Shown here piece by piece: positions 60,614-64,000 of a stretch of DNA of 64,000 nt. The DNA comes from Thermodesulfovibrionia bacterium (GTDB lineage Bacteria; Nitrospirota; Thermodesulfovibrionia; UBA6902; BMS3Bbin08), in NCBI GenBank assembly GCA_030694425.1, contig JAUXYI010000079.1, positions 59,577 to 123,576 on the forward strand, given 5' to 3'. The position numbers were made by a program, and so were the translations under genes. The notes below the pieces were generated by a model. It saw only the letters and a list, made by a program, of their open reading frames with translations, did no database searches and was not told the DNA's origin. Each line of letters starts with the position of its first letter. The stretch's first letter is position 1.

Positions 60614-61342
60614 TCACTTTTCACTTTTCACTCTTAACTCTTTTATAATACGTTCCAGCGATTTAATCGGGTTAGGCTGAGACATTACTGCCCTGCCTAT
60701 TACAAAGTAGTCAGCCCCTTTTCTTAAAGCTTCTCCGGGTGTCATTGTCCTCTTCTGGTCATCTTCTTGAGTCCATGATGGTCTAATTCCAGGTGTAACT
60801 ATCAAAAAACCATTACCGCAGTGTGCCCTGATAATTTCTATTTCATGCGGTGATGCAACTACCCCGTCAAGTCCTGCTTTTAAGGCGAGCCCACTGAGAT
60901 GTTTAACCTGCGTATTCATGCTCTGTCCTATGCCAAGCTCATCTTTCAGGGTAACCTGGTCTATGCTTGTCAATATTGTCACGCCGAGCAATACAGGTCT
61001 TTTAATATTCCTTTTTAGAGAAACATCAACGAGTGTCTGGGCTGTTTTCCTCATCATCTCAAAACCGCCGAGTGTATGCACATTAAACATAAATACTCCG
61101 AGTTCTGCTGCCGCTATGGCAGTTCTGGACACTGTATTAGGGATGTCGTGATATTTCAGGTCAAGAAAAACTTTTTTGCCTTTTGCATGGATTTTTTCTA
61201 TTATCCTGGGACCAACGGAGGTAAACAACTCGGAGCCGACTTTAAAGATATCAATATGCTCTCTGAATTTTTCAATTATTTCTACAGCTTCCTCATAATC
61301 AGCTACGTCAAGGGCAAGGATTATACGTTCTTTAGTTTCCAT
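60614..61342 (-). CDS. pyrF: Orotidine-5'-phosphate decarboxylase
   Basis: FLDLKYHDIPNT, TPGIRP, VIGR. Confidence 0.97.
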   Translation of the reverse strand: METKERIILALDVADYEEAVEIIEKFREHIDIFKVGSELFTSVGPRIIEKIHAKGKKVFLDLKYHDIPNTVSRTAIAAAELGVFMFNVHTLGGFEMMRKTAQTLVDVSLKRNIKRPVLLGVTILTSIDQVTLKDELGIGQSMNTQVKHLSGLALKAGLDGVVASPHEIEIIRAHCGNGFLIVTPGIRPSWTQEDDQKRTMTPGEALRKGADYFVIGRAVMSQPNPIKSLERIIKELRVKSEK

Positions 61343-61345
61343 AAT

Positions 61346-61447
61346 AAATCAAATATTAAAAATCAAAAATGAAAATTAAGGAAGATGTTTTTAAATAATT
61401 TTTCCATTCCACAATTTTGCATTTTGATTTTTCATTTTTAAATTTTT
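61346..61447. repeat. Period-7 inverted-arm spacer element
   Basis: Heptads then AAAATTAAGGAA...TTCCACAATTTT then heptads. Confidence 0.7.
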
Positions 61448-61986
61448 GGCAATGTTATCCCCTTCTGAGCCTGATATTTGCCTGTTTTATCTGCATAGGA
61501 AGTCATACAGATTTCCTCTGCGCCCAAAAATATGAGTTGGGCAATGCCCTCGTTTGCATAAATTCTGGCTGGCAGGGGAGTTGTGTTTGAAATCTCAATT
61601 GTTACATGCCCTTCCCATTCAGGTTCAAGCGGGGTCACATTTACCGCTATGCCGCAGCGTGCATAAGTGGATTTGCCGAGACATATCACTATTACATCTC
61701 TCGGGATTCTAAAATATTCTACAGAAGCAGCAAGGACAAATGAATTCGGCGGTATTACACAAACATCTCCCTTGAAGTCAATAAAACTCTGCGGGTCAAA
61801 TTTTTTAGGATCAACTATTGTATTGTTTATGTTGGTAAAAATCTTAAATTTATCTGATATTCTCATATCATAGCCATAAGAACTTACACCATAGGAGATT
61901 ACTCCTGATTTTACCTGCTTTTCAGTAAAGGGCTTTATCATGCCTTTTTTAGCTTTTTCTCTAATCCAGCGGTCATTTTTTACCAT
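61438..61986 (-). CDS. dcd: dCTP deaminase
   Basis: [28 protein letters not shown]. Confidence 0.97.
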   Translation of the reverse strand: MVKNDRWIREKAKKGMIKPFTEKQVKSGVISYGVSSYGYDMRISDKFKIFTNINNTIVDPKKFDPQSFIDFKGDVCVIPPNSFVLAASVEYFRIPRDVIVICLGKSTYARCGIAVNVTPLEPEWEGHVTIEISNTTPLPARIYANEGIAQLIFLGAEEICMTSYADKTGKYQAQKGITLPKI

Positions 61987-62026
61987 GCTTCTCCTCTATG
62001 GATAACAGGATGCTTTCAACTACAGT

Positions 62027-62503
62027 TTAGACTGATTTAATAATACTTTTTTTAATGGACTTTTTGGCAAGCAAATCAGCTTCCTTATTTAATTCACGAG
62101 GCACATGGGTCATTCTATAATTGTCAAATTCTCCAAGCATATTTTTTGATTTCTGCCATAACGGTTTTAAATTGGCGCTGCTTATTCTATAAACCCCTTT
62201 TATCTGCCTTACGAGAAGTTCAGAATCAAGGAAAATCTCTATTTTTTTAAGCCCTAATGACTTTGCCTCTTCAAGACCCCTTATTAAAGCAGAATATTCT
62301 GCAACATTATTGGTCGCTATACCTATATACTCAGATATTTTATAATCTTTGTGTAAATGCCCTCTAACCTGAATTACGACTCCTATCCCTGCACGGCCTG
62401 GATTTCCGCTCGAGGCTCCGTCACAATAAATTTTTGCTTCGGATATGAAACCATTGTCTTCCTTTTTAACCTCTTCTCTACGGGTCATCAATAAAAAGTC
62501 CAA
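62027..62503 (-). CDS. rnhA: Ribonuclease HI
   Basis: DGASSGNPG, TNNVAEY, DSELL, NKEAD; exact start uncertain. Confidence 0.9.
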   Translation of the reverse strand: MDFLLMTRREEVKKEDNGFISEAKIYCDGASSGNPGRAGIGVVIQVRGHLHKDYKISEYIGIATNNVAEYSALIRGLEEAKSLGLKKIEIFLDSELLVRQIKGVYRISSANLKPLWQKSKNMLGEFDNYRMTHVPRELNKEADLLAKKSIKKSIIKSV

Positions 62504-63211
62504 TCATTTTTCTTTATAAAACAAAAACCTGTTACAGTAACAACAGGTAAAAATATCTTTATTATCTTTTATATCATTGTATAACTGAGGAGGGATATTA
62601 GTATTACAGCCAAGACAAACCTCATTCACAGTCTGAACCACTGCTATTCCGCCAGCGCTTTTTGCGAGATCCATGTATTGTTCGTAAATCTCTCCGTCTA
62701 TCTTTCTGACGATATCCTTTCTTCTTATCTTGTACATTTCCATTTCAGAGTGCAATCTATTCTTTTCCGCCTCCAGCGCTTTTTCTTCCTGCCTGAAATC
62801 TTCCTCTGCCTTTTTTAATTTTGGCTCTTGTTTTTTCATGTCCTTTGCTAAGTTATCAAGGGCTTCCATTATTGAAAGTATTTCTTCTTCAATTTGATAT
62901 TTCTTATCCTCGAAAGTTTTTACTTCTTTAAGATGCGCCTCATATTCCTTATTAGTCTTGATTTCTGAACTCTTAGCTTTCAACTTGTTAATTTTTTCCT
63001 GTGTTTCTTCTAATTCACCATCTTTTTGTTTCTTCTTTTTTTCCATTTTTTCATATTCTGCCTTAATTCTCTCAAAAGAAGCGCTTGCTTCTTTCAACTG
63101 TGCTTTAGCTTTCCCTAATTTATCAGGAAGGGTTTCTATCTCTTCTGCAATAGAAAGTATGGCAGTGTCTATTTCTTGAAGGTCTATTAAAAGTTTCAAT
63201 TGTTCATTCAA
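62504..63211 (-). CDS. Coiled-coil / C4 zinc-ribbon protein (DUF164-like)
   Basis: Long coiled coil then CLGC..CYCNR. Confidence 0.9.
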   Translation of the reverse strand: MNEQLKLLIDLQEIDTAILSIAEEIETLPDKLGKAKAQLKEASASFERIKAEYEKMEKKKKQKDGELEETQEKINKLKAKSSEIKTNKEYEAHLKEVKTFEDKKYQIEEEILSIMEALDNLAKDMKKQEPKLKKAEEDFRQEEKALEAEKNRLHSEMEMYKIRRKDIVRKIDGEIYEQYMDLAKSAGGIAVVQTVNEVCLGCNTNIPPQLYNDIKDNKDIFTCCYCNRFLFYKEK

Positions 63212-63349
63212 CTCTGTCTCTCCAAAAAAGCAATGAGTTAAGGATTTAAAAATTAAGAGTTAAAAGTTATCCCGAATAGTCGGGACACTTTTAACTTTAA
63301 ACTCTTAATTCAGATTTTACCTCTCTACGAGTCATCGACCGGCAAAATC

Positions 63350-63425
63350 TGGTGGGCCCACCAGGACTCGAACCTGGGACCAACCGGTTATGAGCCGGTA
63401 GCTCTTCCAGCTGAGCTATGGGCCC
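63350..63425 (-). tRNA. tRNA with CAT anticodon, probably tRNA-Ile2 (lysidine)
   Basis: GGGCCCA...TGGGCCCACCA cloverleaf with paired 1-72; position after rpoD is typical of ileX. Confidence 0.88.
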
Positions 63426-63563
63426 TGAGATAACAAATTTAAAATTTAAAACGCAAAAATCATCCCGAATAGTCGGGATACATTTTGCATTTTGAATTTT
63501 ATTTAAGATTCAGTTGTGTCTATTTTATGGAAAATAAAAGGAAAAGTAAATCAATGTAATTCT

Positions 63564-64000
63564 TTATACAAAGCTCTTAAGTAATTTGCTTCTTTTAGGA
63601 TGTCTCAATTTTTTCAAAACCTTTCCCTCTATCTGTCTTATCCTTTCCCTTGTCACCTTAAATTCACTCCCCACTTCTTCAAGTGTCCGTGAAGGTCCGT
63701 CTCCTATCCCGAATCTCATCTGTATTATACCTGCCTCTTTTTTCGTAAGCGTCTCCATGACTTTCTGCACATGCCTCTGTAAATCATTCTGTATCGCTAA
63801 GTCTAACGGTGAACTCGATGCCTTGTCCTCTATGAAATCCCTTAAATGACTGTCCTCTTCCCTGCCTATCGGTGTCTCTAATGATATAGGCTCCCGGCAT
63901 GTCTTTAATACTGCCCTAACCCTCCACACAGGCAAACCAGCCATCTTCGCTATCTCCTCTGCAGAAGGCTCTCTCCCAAGTTCCTGCACAAGCCTCTGCG
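63564..64000 (-). CDS. rpoD: Primary sigma70 factor, C-terminal part (5' end outside window)
   Basis: QELGREP, PISLETPIG, RTLEEVG..F.VTRERIRQIE. Confidence 0.85.
   Translation of the reverse strand, partial: QRLVQELGREPSAEEIAKMAGLPVWRVRAVLKTCREPISLETPIGREEDSHLRDFIEDKASSSPLDLAIQNDLQRHVQKVMETLTKKEAGIIQMRFGIGDGPSRTLEEVGSEFKVTRERIRQIEGKVLKKLRHPKRSKLLKSFV

Noticed and set aside
62490-63350. RNase P RNA near rnhA and the zinc-ribbon gene
   Set aside because: The genes abut and the remaining gap holds only heptad repeats and short motifs

Overview
Window from an AT-rich anaerobic bacterium; gene content and order resemble Nitrospirota/Thermodesulfovibrionia or Desulfobacterota (inference). 1-16.3 kb is an accessory island with two sigma54-driven TauE/SafE (TSUP) transporter operons, many universal-stress-protein (USP) domains, two paralogous NtrC-type two-component pairs, an MNT-HEPN toxin-antitoxin pair and a frameshifted cytochrome c remnant. 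The rest is mostly core genes (smpB, pgk, gap, frr, pyrH, tsf, rpsB, ispF/D, glgX, topA, dprA, argG, gmhA, glmU, glmS, pcrA, gatC, panD, pyrF, dcd, rnhA, rpoD, two tRNAs). It also contains a tRNA-fMet att remnant, an unusual ferredoxin-fused molybdoenzyme and a TA-flanked islet with a 798-aa Zn-ribbon/PD-(D/E)xK-like protein. The most striking unexplained structure is a nested set of small repeats with no transposase in the window: period-7 spacer elements host four different MITE-like shells, each carrying a GTCAT...ATGAC REP-like cargo. A 16-18-bp TCCCGA-N4/6-TCGGGA mini-hairpin (11 copies) appears to replace loops of other hairpins, and GC-rich palindromes sit in frame inside at least four proteins.
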